Shown here: piece by piece, positions 29,700 through 39,600 of the stretch
Layout of the letters: each line of letters starts with the position of its first letter
Numbering within the stretch: the first letter of the stretch is position 1
Source of the DNA: an uncultured Bifidobacteriaceae bacterium
GTDB lineage: Bacteria > Verrucomicrobiota > Verrucomicrobiia > Limisphaerales > UBA11358
Reading direction: 5' to 3'
NCBI GenBank assembly: GCA_964655855.1
Contig: CAZZPE010000004.1
Span: forward strand, 18,808 to 82,807
Length of the DNA: 64,000 nt
Position numbers and translations under genes: made by a program
Notes under the pieces: model-generated
Databases searched by the model: none
What the model was told of the DNA's origin: nothing
What the model saw: only the letters and a program-made list of their open reading frames with translations

Positions 29700-31529
29700 T
29701 CACCGCAACGGGTCGCTTTTTTCGGCGATGGCCTCGGAGAAAATATTGAGCAGCTCGGCGCGCGACACGGAGCCGACGAGTTTATTTTCGCTGGAATTGT
29801 TCACAACGGGCACGTTGCGCAATTCGCAATCCAGCACGAGCGGCAGCGCGTCGAGCAGCCGCTGGCCCGGCGTAAGGCATTTGGGCGGTGGCCGCATCAC
29901 GTCGCCAGCGATGACTCCCTCCAAGGCCTGCGCGTTGTTTAGAAACTCCTTCAAGTCCTGCAACGCCACCACGCCGAGCAGCCGTTGCCGCGCGTCCACG
30001 ACCGGGACGAAATTGTTCGGGCTGGACAGGAACCGGCTGGCGATTTCCCGGAGCGGCGTGGTTTCCAAGATGGGAACGATGGGCACATGCATGAAATCGC
30101 CGACGGTTTGCTCCATCACCGCGCCAGGCCGGTTTGTCTCCTGCCCCAGCGCAAGCCCCTTGACGCGCAAGTGCTCGGTATAGACCGATTCGCCGTGCAA
30201 CTGCCGCGCCACGAGGATGGAAACCACGCAAGCGAGCATCAGCGGCGGCACGAGCGAATAATCCAGCGACAGTTCAAAAATCAAAATCATCGCCAGCAGC
30301 GGCGAGCGCGTCGTGGCCGCCAGCGTCGCGCCCATCCCGACGAGGGCCAGCGCCCCCGCCGGCACGCCGGGCGCGGCGCCGAGTTGATGCAGCACGCCGC
30401 CGAACAGCGCGCCCGCGGCCGCGCCGAGAAACAGCGTGGGCGTGAACACGCCGCCGACGGTGCCCGCGCCGACCGTCGCCGAAGTCGCCAGCATTTTGGC
30501 CAGGAACAATCCGGCCAGCCAGAGGAGCGCCCAGGCCGCGGGCGGAATTTGCGGCCAGGCGGCGGGCGGAAATTTATCGTGGAGAATGTCGTTGGTCACC
30601 GAATATCCGTTGCCGCAGACGCCGGGAAACCCGATGGCGATGATGCCCACGACAAATCCGGCCAGCGTGAGCCGGACATAAACCGGCCAGTTCAGCCTGC
30701 GGAACTGCTCCTTGCCGGCGCGCAGCAGTTTCAGAAAACACGCGCCGACCGCGCCGCAAATCACGCCCAGCAGCACGAACCACGGCAGTTGCGGCAGCGT
30801 GGCCGGCGGAAACGGCGGGATTTGATACCAGGGCGCGATGCCAAAAAAACTGCGCGAAACCATCGCCGCGATGACCGATGAAAAAACCAGCGGCGCGAAG
30901 AGGTTCATCGAAAAATTGCCGAGCACGACGAGCGCGGAGAAAACCGCGCCGGCAATCGGCGCGTTGTAGGCCGCCGCGATGCCCGACGCCGCGCCGCAGC
31001 CGACCAGCAGCCGCAGCCGATACGGCGGCCATTTCGCAAGCTGGCCGAGCTTGGACGAGAGCGTCGCCGCCAGTTGCGTGATGCCGCCTTCGCGCCCGAT
31101 GGACGCGCCGGTGGCGATGCTCACGATGGCGGAAATGGTTTTGACGAATTCGGTGCGGAACGGCAGCCGCCCGTCGCCGGCCACGACGACTTCGAGCAGA
31201 TTGGTCGAGCCTTGCGGTCCGACCATGCGCAATCCCCAGTGCAGCACCAGTCCTGCCGCCAGCCCGCCGAGCGTGGTCACCGAAACGCGCTCCCAGTCCG
31301 AAAACCGCTCCGCGACTTCCACCGGATCGCCCGGCTGCAGGAGGTGGACGGCCCAGTAAAAAAACAAATTCACCACACCGCCGATGACCCCGACGAAGCC
31401 GGCAAGCACAAGATGAAACGCCTCCTCCTTGAGGACCAGCTTTTCGCGCCAGCGCAGCGCGCGCCGCCAGTGCCGGCGGAGAAACTCACGCGCCCGGGCC
31501 ATCAGGCCGTTGTCCAACCACGGTTGCAC
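29700..31529 (-). CDS. ClC-family chloride channel/antiporter with two CBS domains
   Basis: GREGG and GGVFTP signature motifs, about 11 TMs, C-terminal CBS pair. Confidence 0.92.
   Translation of the reverse strand: MQPWLDNGLMARAREFLRRHWRRALRWREKLVLKEEAFHLVLAGFVGVIGGVVNLFFYWAVHLLQPGDPVEVAERFSDWERVSVTTLGGLAAGLVLHWGLRMVGPQGSTNLLEVVVAGDGRLPFRTEFVKTISAIVSIATGASIGREGGITQLAATLSSKLGQLAKWPPYRLRLLVGCGAASGIAAAYNAPIAGAVFSALVVLGNFSMNLFAPLVFSSVIAAMVSRSFFGIAPWYQIPPFPPATLPQLPWFVLLGVICGAVGACFLKLLRAGKEQFRRLNWPVYVRLTLAGFVVGIIAIGFPGVCGNGYSVTNDILHDKFPPAAWPQIPPAAWALLWLAGLFLAKMLATSATVGAGTVGGVFTPTLFLGAAAGALFGGVLHQLGAAPGVPAGALALVGMGATLAATTRSPLLAMILIFELSLDYSLVPPLMLACVVSILVARQLHGESVYTEHLRVKGLALGQETNRPGAVMEQTVGDFMHVPIVPILETTPLREIASRFLSSPNNFVPVVDARQRLLGVVALQDLKEFLNNAQALEGVIAGDVMRPPPKCLTPGQRLLDALPLVLDCELRNVPVVNNSSENKLVGSVSRAELLNIFSEAIAEKSDPLR
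30531..30575. repeat. 24-nt in-frame tandem duplication in the ClC gene
   Basis: CCAGGCCGCGGGCGGAATTTGCGG followed by CCAGGCGGCGGGCGGAAATTT; protein FPPAAWPQIPPAAW. Confidence 0.7.
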
Positions 31530-31579
31530 GCGGCGAATTTAATTCCGAACAGCCTGTTTGACGAGAGATGATTTCCGGC

Positions 31580-32110
31580 TCACCCCTTTTTCAGCCCGGC
31601 GATGGCGTCCTTCATCTCGTTGAAATGGATGTCGGGATTGCCCGCATCGGTGACGTGGACAATTTTCCCGTCCAGCCCGATGAGAAAGCTCACGCGCCTG
31701 TCCATGCTCTTGCCGTCCATCTTCACGCCGTAAATGTCTGCAATTTTTCCGTCCGTATCTGCAAGCAGCGTAAAATTCAAATGATACTTGGCGATGAACT
31801 GCTTGTGGCTGTCGGCGGAATCGAAGCTGACGCCGATGACGGCGACGTTGTTCGTCTGCAAATCGCCCATGCGATCGCGGAAACCGCAGGCTTCCTTGGT
31901 GCAGCCGGGCGTGTTGTCCTTGGGATAAAAATACAACAGCACAATTTTCCGGCCAGTCAGGTCGGCGAGTTTGACGGCGTTGCCGTCCTGATCCCGCCCT
32001 TCAAATGACGGCGCGGCGTCTCCCGCCTGCGGCATGGCGGCAAAAGCCGCCGCGGCGGAAAAGAGGATTGAACCTGCGATTAACAGAGTGGTGAACCGGT
32101 TTGTTTTCAT
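31580..32110 (-). CDS. bcp: Peroxiredoxin, BCP/PrxQ family, with signal peptide
   Basis: FYPKDNTPGCTKEAC motif; N-terminal MKTNRF..AAAFA signal peptide. Confidence 0.88.
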   Translation of the reverse strand: MKTNRFTTLLIAGSILFSAAAAFAAMPQAGDAAPSFEGRDQDGNAVKLADLTGRKIVLLYFYPKDNTPGCTKEACGFRDRMGDLQTNNVAVIGVSFDSADSHKQFIAKYHLNFTLLADTDGKIADIYGVKMDGKSMDRRVSFLIGLDGKIVHVTDAGNPDIHFNEMKDAIAGLKKG

Positions 32111-32158
32111 GGTGAACATCCTTTCGTTCTGGATTGGACGCACCGGCGGACAAATTGT

Positions 32159-32890
32159 TCACGCCTTTTTGCGCGGCCGGCGGCGGAGGCCGTTTTGCAG
32201 CCACAGCCACCAGACCATCCACAACGCTTCAACGACAATACCGCGCGACAGTTTGGAATGCCCTTCGACGCGCTCGGTGAAGGTGATCGGCACTTCGGCA
32301 ATGTTGAATCCGTCGCGCCAGAGCCGGTGGGTCAACTCGATCTGAAAGCTGTAGCCGTTCGAGTGGATCTGTTCGAGATTGACGGCCTGCAGCGCCCGGC
32401 GGCGGAAACATTTGAAGCCGCCCGTCGGGTCGGTGAGCGGCATCCCGGTGACGAGCCAGACGTAAATGCCGGCGCAGCGGCTCAACAACAGCCGCTTGAG
32501 CGGCCAGTTCACGACGCGCACACCGCCGGAGTAGCGCGAGCCGAGAACGAGGTCGGCATTTTGAGCTGCCTTGAGAAAATTGGGAATTTCATCCGGATCG
32601 TGCGAAAAATCGCAGTCCATCTCGAAGATGAATTCATAATTTTTTCCCAGCGCCCATTTGAAGCCGGCGGTATAGGCGCGGCCCAGCCCGTTTTTTTTCT
32701 GCTCGTGCAGGACGTGAATCTGCGGATGTTTCGCAGCGAGCTCATCGGCGATTTTCCCCGTGCCGTCTGATGAATTGCCGTCCACCACGAGCAAATCCAC
32801 CGGCACCGGCAGCGACAAAAGCTTTTGCGCCATGCGCGGGAGATTTTCCCGCTCATTGACGGTCGGCACGATGATGAGCGTCTGATTCAT
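32159..32890 (-). CDS. Polyprenol monophosphomannose synthase (GT2, DPM1-like)
   Basis: IIVPTVNERENL, VDGNSSDGTG, EMDCDFSHDP, TDPTGGFKCFRR, GYSFQIE. Confidence 0.9.
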   Translation of the reverse strand: MNQTLIIVPTVNERENLPRMAQKLLSLPVPVDLLVVDGNSSDGTGKIADELAAKHPQIHVLHEQKKNGLGRAYTAGFKWALGKNYEFIFEMDCDFSHDPDEIPNFLKAAQNADLVLGSRYSGGVRVVNWPLKRLLLSRCAGIYVWLVTGMPLTDPTGGFKCFRRRALQAVNLEQIHSNGYSFQIELTHRLWRDGFNIAEVPITFTERVEGHSKLSRGIVVEALWMVWWLWLQNGLRRRPRKKA

Positions 32891-32944
32891 GCTGGCGATG
32901 GCAGAAATTAGCCGGAAATGCGGCAAAGACAAGTTTGTTAATCC

Positions 32945-32985
32945 GTTGAATCGCGGAATCGGCTGGCTGCCCTTGACGATTCAAC
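32945..32985. repeat. Degenerate octamer inverted array (GTTGAATC ... GATTCAAC)
   Basis: GTTGAATC GCGGAATC ... GATTCAAC; overlaps the stop of the endonuclease III-like gene. Same family as 47199-47272. Confidence 0.55.
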
Positions 32986-33691
32986 GTGGCGGTAGCAGCG
33001 GCTTCAGCGGGCATTCATCGCAGCGCGGCGCGCGCGTCCGGCAATAATGCTTCCCCACCATCACCAGTTGCGCGTGATAATCCCGCCAGTAATCCAGCCG
33101 CGCCGCGCCGGTCTTTTGATCCAGCGCCGACTCGCAAAGCGATTTCAACTCGTCGTAGCCGCGAGCCAACTTTGAACCCCGAACCTTGAAACTTGAATCC
33201 GGCTTCCATCCGTGCCTTTCAAAAATCCGCTTCGTGTAAGCGTCAATCACAAAGCTGCAATGGCCGCCGGCATAAAGCGCCATGCTGTCCGCCGTCTCCG
33301 GCCCGATGCCGTTGACGGCCAGCAACCTTTCGCGCACGGCGGAAGTTTCGCCCGCGAAAAGCCTCTTCAAACCGCCGTCAAATTGCTCAACCAGCACCCG
33401 CAGAAACGACCGCAGCCGCCGCGCCTTGACGTTGAAATAACCGGCGGGCCGGATCAACTCCGCCAGCTTCACCTCCGGCAACACGAACATTTTTTCCGGT
33501 TCCAGCGCGCGCGCGGTTTTGAGATTGGCGATGGCGCGCTCGACGTTCGACCACGCGGTGTTTTGCGTCAGAATCGCGCCGACGCAGACTTCAAACGGCG
33601 TTTCGCCCGGCCACCAATGCTGGTGTCCAAACCGCGCGCGCATGAGTTCGTAGGCGCGACGCAGGTCGGCTTTGGTTCTCTTGGCAATCAT
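32981..33691 (-). CDS. Endonuclease III-related HhH-GPD protein with C-terminal Fe-S motif
   Basis: VGAILTQNTAWSNVERAI, GIGPETADS, HAQLV.VGK.YC..RAPRC.ECPL. Confidence 0.88.
   Translation of the reverse strand: MIAKRTKADLRRAYELMRARFGHQHWWPGETPFEVCVGAILTQNTAWSNVERAIANLKTARALEPEKMFVLPEVKLAELIRPAGYFNVKARRLRSFLRVLVEQFDGGLKRLFAGETSAVRERLLAVNGIGPETADSMALYAGGHCSFVIDAYTKRIFERHGWKPDSSFKVRGSKLARGYDELKSLCESALDQKTGAARLDYWRDYHAQLVMVGKHYCRTRAPRCDECPLKPLLPPR
33170..33197. repeat. Four-unit heptamer array (NYTTGAA) in frame in the endonuclease III-like gene
   Basis: CTTTGAA CCCCGAA CCTTGAA ACTTGAA; encodes SSFKVRGSKL. Confidence 0.75.
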
Positions 33692-33701
33692 CGCCGGAGG
33701 T

Positions 33702-33852
33702 TTTTAACGCAAAGACACGCCTGCCGCAACGAAGATGGAAGATGGAGAATGGAAGATCGCCGGAAAAAATGCGCGCCGGGTTTTGCCATTCTCCACCTTC
33801 CATCCTCTATTTTCGCTTGCTGGATTGCAGCGCGGGCGTCTTTGCGTTAAAA
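33702..33852. mobile_element. MITE-like nested element: 15-bp terminal inverted repeats enclosing an inverted heptamer doublet
   Basis: TTTTAACGCAAAGAC (33702-33716) and GTCTTTGCGTTAAAA (33838-33852) are perfect reverse complements. Internal GATGGAR-like array (33734-33760) and CCATCCT-like array (33786-33813). Confidence 0.6.
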
Positions 33853-34632
33853 ATGTGCGTCATGTTCGCCTCGCTGATTTTTGATTTGCTGAACGTCGGT
33901 TACCTGATCCACAACATCTGGCTGTGGCCAGTTGTCGCGTTTCTGGTCTGGATGTTCGTTGACGCGATCCGGCGGCGGGAATGGCTTTGGGCGATTTTTA
34001 TTTTGATCGGCTGGGGCATCTCGGCGATTTTGTATTTCTTCTTCGTCTATCGCGCCAGCGCGCCGTCGGTCACGCGCGGCTTCGAGCTGCCCGGCGCGCA
34101 GAGCCGCAAACGCATCAAGGAACTTCAGGCGCAAATCCATCACCTCGACAACGCCTATCACCATTTCCAGCTCGGCGACGTTTACTTCCAGCGCGGCAAA
34201 CTGGCCGAGGCCGAACAATGCTACCGCGCCGCGCTTCAGCGCGATGCCACCGACATTGACACCCGCGCGCATCTGGGCCAATGCCTCGTCCGCCTGAACC
34301 GTCCCGCCGAGGCGCGGCCGCTCCTCGAAAGCGTCATGAACGAGAAGCCCGAACACGATTACGGCCACACCATGATGGCGCTGGCCGAAACGCTCACCGC
34401 GCTCGGCGAGACCGACAACGCGATTCAATACTGGCAGCACATCACGCAAAACCATTCCTACCCGCGCGCCAAGGTTCAACTCGCCGAGCTTTACCTCGCC
34501 AAAAAACAGCCGGAACTGGCGCGGGCGGAATTGAAGGACATCGTCAGCGACGACCAGCACGCGCCCGCCTTCCAGCGCAAGCGCGACCGCGTCTGGGTCC
34601 GCCGCGCAAAAAGCCTGATGTCGCGGCTGTAG
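33853..34632 (+). CDS. Membrane-anchored TPR protein (N-terminal PLDc_N-like TM hairpin)
   Basis: WMFVDAIRRREWLWAIFIL TM motif, then TPRs (LGDVYFQRGKLAEAEQCYRAAL). Start 33853 or 33862. Confidence 0.8.
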   Translation: MCVMFASLIFDLLNVGYLIHNIWLWPVVAFLVWMFVDAIRRREWLWAIFILIGWGISAILYFFFVYRASAPSVTRGFELPGAQSRKRIKELQAQIHHLDNAYHHFQLGDVYFQRGKLAEAEQCYRAALQRDATDIDTRAHLGQCLVRLNRPAEARPLLESVMNEKPEHDYGHTMMALAETLTALGETDNAIQYWQHITQNHSYPRAKVQLAELYLAKKQPELARAELKDIVSDDQHAPAFQRKRDRVWVRRAKSLMSRL

Positions 34633-34682
34633 CAGCGCACGTGAGTTCGCTCCAATTTGAGCCGACTCACGTCGGCTGCTAC
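34629..34682. repeat. GTAG-type REP-like doublet (family A)
   Basis: GTAGCAGCGCACGTGAGTTCGCTC and GAGCCGACTCACGTCGGCTGCTAC; its TAG is the TPR gene stop. Confidence 0.88.
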
Positions 34683-34729
34683 AATTCATTTTGATTCGCG
34701 TTCCCGGCAAAATTCCCTATCCTTTGAGC

Positions 34730-36322
34730 GTGCCAAATCTCATCGCCATCGTCGGACGACCGAATGTCGGCAAGTCCGCATTGTTCAACCGCATCATCAA
34801 GAAGCGGATTGCAATTGTGCATGACCAGCCGGGCGTCACGCGCGACCGCGTCACCGCCGAGGCTGAGTGGGGCGGAAAATCCTTCACGCTGGTGGACACC
34901 GGCGGCATCGGCCTGTTGCGCCGCGAAAAATCCGACGACATCATCATCAAGGCCGCGCTCGAACAGGTGGAAATGGCGATTGAAGCCGCCAGCGCCATCA
35001 TCCTGGTCGTCAATGTGCAGGAAGGCGTCGTGCCGCTGGACCGCGAGGTGGCGCAACATCTCCACAAGAGCGGCAAGCCAATCCTGGTGGCGGTCAACAA
35101 GGTGGACACCGAACGCGCGGAAAAAGGCGCGGACGAATTTGCCGCGCTCGGCTTCGACAAGATTTTCCCCGTCAGCGCCATTCACGGCGAAGGCATCCAG
35201 AATCTGATGAACGCAGCGGTGGCCCTGTTGCCAGTCCAAAGTTCAAAGTCCGAAGTTCAAAGTCAAGAAGCTGCCGGCGATGACTCGGCTGATTCCGCAA
35301 TCCGCAATCCGCAATCCGCAATTTTGAAGCTGGCCATCGTCGGCCGGCCGAACGTCGGCAAGTCGTCCATCATCAACGCGCTCACGCAATCCAAGCGCGT
35401 CATCGTCTCGCCGATTCCCGGCACGACGCGCGACGCGATTGACGTGCCGTTCGAGGTCGAGGCCGACGGCATCCGGCAGAAATACATCCTGATTGACACC
35501 GCCGGGATGCGGAAGACGCGGCGCGTGGACGATTCGATCGAGTATTTCAGCGTGAAACGCGCCGAGGATTCCATCGAGCGCAGCGACATCACGGTGCTGG
35601 TGATTGACGCCGAGGCCGGCATCACCGAGCAGGACAAAAAGATCGCCGACGTGATCGTCGAAAGCCGCAAGGCGTGCATCATCGTCGTCAACAAATGGGA
35701 TTTGTTCGAGGCGGAGGTTCTCAAGGCGCGCGAGGATGAAATCGGGCGGCGCAACCGGAAGGAGCGCACCGAGGGCCAGGCAAAGCAACTGACCACGCTC
35801 GGCGAGTTCGCCGAGTGGGTGCAGCGGAAACTGTTTTTCCTCGATTACGCGCCGGTGATTTTCACGTCCGCCAAGTCCGGCTTTCATCTGGAGCGGTTGC
35901 TGGAGGCCATCCGCTATGTCGCCGCGCAGTTGCAGCAGAAAATCCCGACGGCGATTTTGAACCGCACCATCAACGACGCCGTCGAGCGCCGCCAGCCGAT
36001 CAGCGCGATGGGCCACCGGCTGAAATTTTTCTACGCGACGCAGGTGCGGCAGGCGCCGCCGACCTTTCTGCTGTTCGTCAACCGCGACGAATTGTTTTCC
36101 GACCAATACAAAAAGCATCTGGCGGGCGAGCTGCGCACGGCGTTCGGCTTCGAAGGCTGCCCGATCGTGCTGGTGCCAAAGGCGCGCCCGAAGACGATTG
36201 AGCCGGTGCGGAAATTCAAGCCGGAGCACAAAAAACAAACGGGAAAAGCGGGAAGGATTGAGGCCCATCGGAAGGCGCAGCACGAAAGATATTCCCGCGT
36301 TCGCGGAAAGAAATCGCAATGA
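34730..36322 (+). CDS. der: Ribosome biogenesis GTPase Der/EngA
   Basis: Two GRPNVGKS G1 motifs, DTGG/DTAG, NKVD/NKWD, KH-like C-terminal domain. GTG start inferred. Confidence 0.96.
   Translation: MPNLIAIVGRPNVGKSALFNRIIKKRIAIVHDQPGVTRDRVTAEAEWGGKSFTLVDTGGIGLLRREKSDDIIIKAALEQVEMAIEAASAIILVVNVQEGVVPLDREVAQHLHKSGKPILVAVNKVDTERAEKGADEFAALGFDKIFPVSAIHGEGIQNLMNAAVALLPVQSSKSEVQSQEAAGDDSADSAIRNPQSAILKLAIVGRPNVGKSSIINALTQSKRVIVSPIPGTTRDAIDVPFEVEADGIRQKYILIDTAGMRKTRRVDDSIEYFSVKRAEDSIERSDITVLVIDAEAGITEQDKKIADVIVESRKACIIVVNKWDLFEAEVLKAREDEIGRRNRKERTEGQAKQLTTLGEFAEWVQRKLFFLDYAPVIFTSAKSGFHLERLLEAIRYVAAQLQQKIPTAILNRTINDAVERRQPISAMGHRLKFFYATQVRQAPPTFLLFVNRDELFSDQYKKHLAGELRTAFGFEGCPIVLVPKARPKTIEPVRKFKPEHKKQTGKAGRIEAHRKAQHERYSRVRGKKSQ
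35234..35321. repeat. Two four-unit heptamer arrays in the Der GD1-GD2 linker
   Basis: GTCCAAA GTTCAAA GTCCGAA GTTCAAA (35234-35261) and TCCGCAA x4 (35294-35321). Confidence 0.9.
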
Positions 36323-36437
36323 AAACTTGTTCACCGCGGCGAATAAGTGGCTGCCGCGCCAATCTCGGCGCGAAGATTCCGTTGATTTTGTTTGGGAATA
36401 ACTCATTTGTAACTTTTTTGAAAAATTTTCTTGAATT

Positions 36438-36485
36438 CCACAACAGGTGGTAGCAAGATATGACCCGTTCCCCAACTAATTGGGG
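36438..36485 (+). promoter_or_regulatory. Putative tandem NrdR boxes
   Basis: CCACAACAGGTGGTAG (36438) and CCCCAACTAATTGGGG (36470), 32 bp apart, upstream of nrdJ; partial match to acaCwAtATaTwGtgt. Confidence 0.5.
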
Positions 36486-36613
36486 ATTCAAATATCGGCA
36501 AAAAGTCCGTTTCAGCGGTTAATTAACAATATTTTAAGCCAGACCGGGTTCCGCTTTGTCTGAAACTGCGGGGGGGAGCATTGGCGTTGGAACATTTTAA
36601 CGAGGAGACAATC

Positions 36614-39600
36614 ATGATTGACGCACGCGAGGAAATTTTAGCCCCAGTTCCGCACACCGGCCACCGCCGCACCGCAAAAGTCAGCGCGTCGCGGGAATCA
36701 AAGGGCGGCAGAAGCGCCGGGAAAAAATCCCTGGCCATTGAGCGCATTTTCAGCGATCCGAAGACCAAGCCATTCGACCAGATTGAATGGGAGAAGCGCA
36801 CCGCCGAAATCACCGACGACGCAGGCAAGGTGATTTTCAGACAGGAAAACGTCGAGGTGCCGAAGTCTTGGTCGCAGCTCGCGACGAAGGTGGTCGTCTC
36901 GAAATATTTTTACGGCGAGCAGCACACCGCCGAGCGCGAAACTTCCGTGCGCCAGCTCATCCACCGCATCTGCCGGACGATTGCCGACTGGGGCGTGGCG
37001 GACGGCTATTTCAGCAAGGCCGACGGCGAGATTTTTTACGAGGAGCTTTGCTGGCTGTGCGTGAACCAGTGCGGCGCGTTCAACTCGCCGGTCTGGTTCA
37101 ACGTTGGGCTGTTCCACCAATACGGCATCGGCAAGAAATCCGGCAAGGGCAACTGGTTTTTCAACCGCAAGACCGGCGAAGCCGAGCGCGCGGCCACGCA
37201 ATACGAATATCCCCAGGGCAGCGCGTGCTTCATCCAGTCCGTCCAGGACAACATGGAGGACATCATGCGGCTCGCATCCAGCGAGGCGATGCTCTTCAAA
37301 TACGGCTCCGGCACCGGCACGGATCTCTCGCCGCTGCGGTCCAGCAAGGAAAAACTTTCCGGTGGCGGTCGCCCCAGCGGACCAATGAGCTTCCTGAAGG
37401 TTTATGATCAGGTCGCCAACGTCGTGAAGTCCGGCGGCAAAACGCGCCGCGCGGCCAAGATGAACACGCTGCGCGACTGGCACGGCGACATCGAGGAATT
37501 CATTGACGCCAAGCAAAAGGAAGAGAAGAAGGCATGGGCGCTGATTGAACAAGGTTATGACGGCTCCTACAATGGCGACGCCTACGGCAGCGTGATGTAT
37601 CAGAACGAAAATCTTTCCGTGCGCGCCAGCGACGAATTCATGACCGCCGCGATTGGCGGCAAGGAATGGTGGACACGCGCCATCACCACCAACAAGCCGC
37701 TCGAAAAGAAAGACGCGGCGAAACTGCTTTTCAAAATCGCCGAAGGCACCTGGATCTGTGGCGACCCCGGGATGCAATACGACGGCGCGATCCAGAAATG
37801 GCACACCTGCAAGGGCACCGAGCCGATTCACTCGACCAACCCGTGCAGCGAATACGTTTTCATCAACAACACCGCCTGCAATCTCGCGTCGCTAAACCTG
37901 ATGAAGTTCAAAAACGCGGACGGCAAATTTGAAGTGGACCGGTTCAAGGCCGCCGTCCGCATTTTTATCACCGCGCAGGAAATCCTGGTGGACAACGCCA
38001 GCTATCCGACGAAGGACATCGCCGAAAACTCCCACATTTACCGCACGCTCGGCCTCGGCTTCGCGAACCTCGGCTCGCTTTGCATGAGCTACGGCCTGCC
38101 TTACGACAGCAACGAAGGCCGCGCGCTGGCCGGCGCCATCACGGCCATCATGACCGGTCACGCTTACGAGCAGAGCACGGAAATCGCCGCGAATATCGGC
38201 GCGTTTCCGGGCTATCGCGACGCCCGTTGCGCGCATGTTTCCACGCCGCTGGCGAAAGACAACGTGGATTCCATGCTCGGCGTTATCAAATTGCATCGCG
38301 ACGCCGTCGAAACCATCCAGCCCAGCCGGGAATTTAATTATTTGAAGGACGAAGCGCGCAAAACCTGGGACGGCGCGCTCGCTAGGGGCCGGCAGCACGG
38401 CTACCGCAACGCGCAGGTCACCGTGCTCGCGCCGACCGGCACCATCGCCTTTTCGATGGACTGCGATACGACGGGCATCGAACCCGACATCGCGCTGGTG
38501 AAATACAAACTCCTCGCCGGCGGCGGCATGTTAAAAATCGTCAACCGCGGCGTGCCGGATGCGCTGCGCCGCCTCGGTTATGGCGAGGCTGAAAACAAAA
38601 ACATCATCGCCCACATCGAAAAATTCGACACGATTGAAGACGTCGAGGAAAACGGCGCGGTCGTGAAAAGCGGTTTGAAGCCGGAGCATTTGCCGATTTT
38701 TGACTGCGCGTTCAAGCCTGCGCGCGGCAAGCGCAGCATCCATTATCTGGCGCATTTGAAGATGATGTCCGCCGCGCAGCCGTTCATCAGCGGCGCGATT
38801 TCCAAGACCGTCAACATGCCGAACGAATGCACCGTCGAGGAAATTCGCGACACCTACGTTCAGGCCTGGAAGCTGGGACTCAAGTGCGTGGCGATCTACC
38901 GTGACGGCTCGAAGCGTTCGCAGCCGCTCAACACGAAAAAAACCAATGAGGGCGGCGGCAAAACCTCACCGGGCAATTCCGCGTTGGAGGGCAAAATCGC
39001 GGAACTCGAAGCCGAGATCGCCCGGCTGCGGATTGATTCCGGCAAACCGCTGCGCCGCCGGCTGTCCGACACGCGCACGGCGGTCACGCACAAATTCGAC
39101 ATCGCCGGACACGAAGGCTACCTCACAGTCGGCCTGTTCAAAAACAACCAGCCCGGCGAGCTGTTCATCACGATGGCCAAGGAAGGCTCGACCATCGGCG
39201 GCTTGATGGACGCCATCGGCACGCTCACCAGCATGGCGCTGCAATACGGCGTGCCGCTGGAGGCTCTCGTCAAAAAATTCGCCCACCAGCGTTTTGAACC
39301 GAGCGGCTTCACCAAAAACCCGGACATCCGCAACGCCTCCTCCATCACGGACTATGTGTTCCGATGGATGGCCCTGCAATTCATCCCCGGCTACCGGGAA
39401 AGCCTCCCGTCCACGCGCAACCAGCCCGAACTCGCCATGCCCGGCCTGATTGACGAGCTGAAAAAAAAGATAAACCGTCCGGTGCCTGAACTGCCCATCG
39501 CCGAGGAAAACGACGCGCTCGAAGTATCAAACGGCAACGGCCATCACGCCGACGACGGACACGCCGTGAGATCATTGAACGATTCCGTCGCGCATTTCCA

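Noticed and set aside
36323-36613. Cobalamin riboswitch upstream of the B12-dependent RNR
   Set aside because: No recognisable B12-box or conserved core by eye; an Infernal/Rfam scan would settle it.
39459-39468. A-homopolymer in nrdJ (a T-run in the mannose synthase gene near 32692 also noted) as phase-variation tracts
   Set aside because: The runs are short, in frame, encode Lys-rich stretches and lie in genes with no reason to switch.
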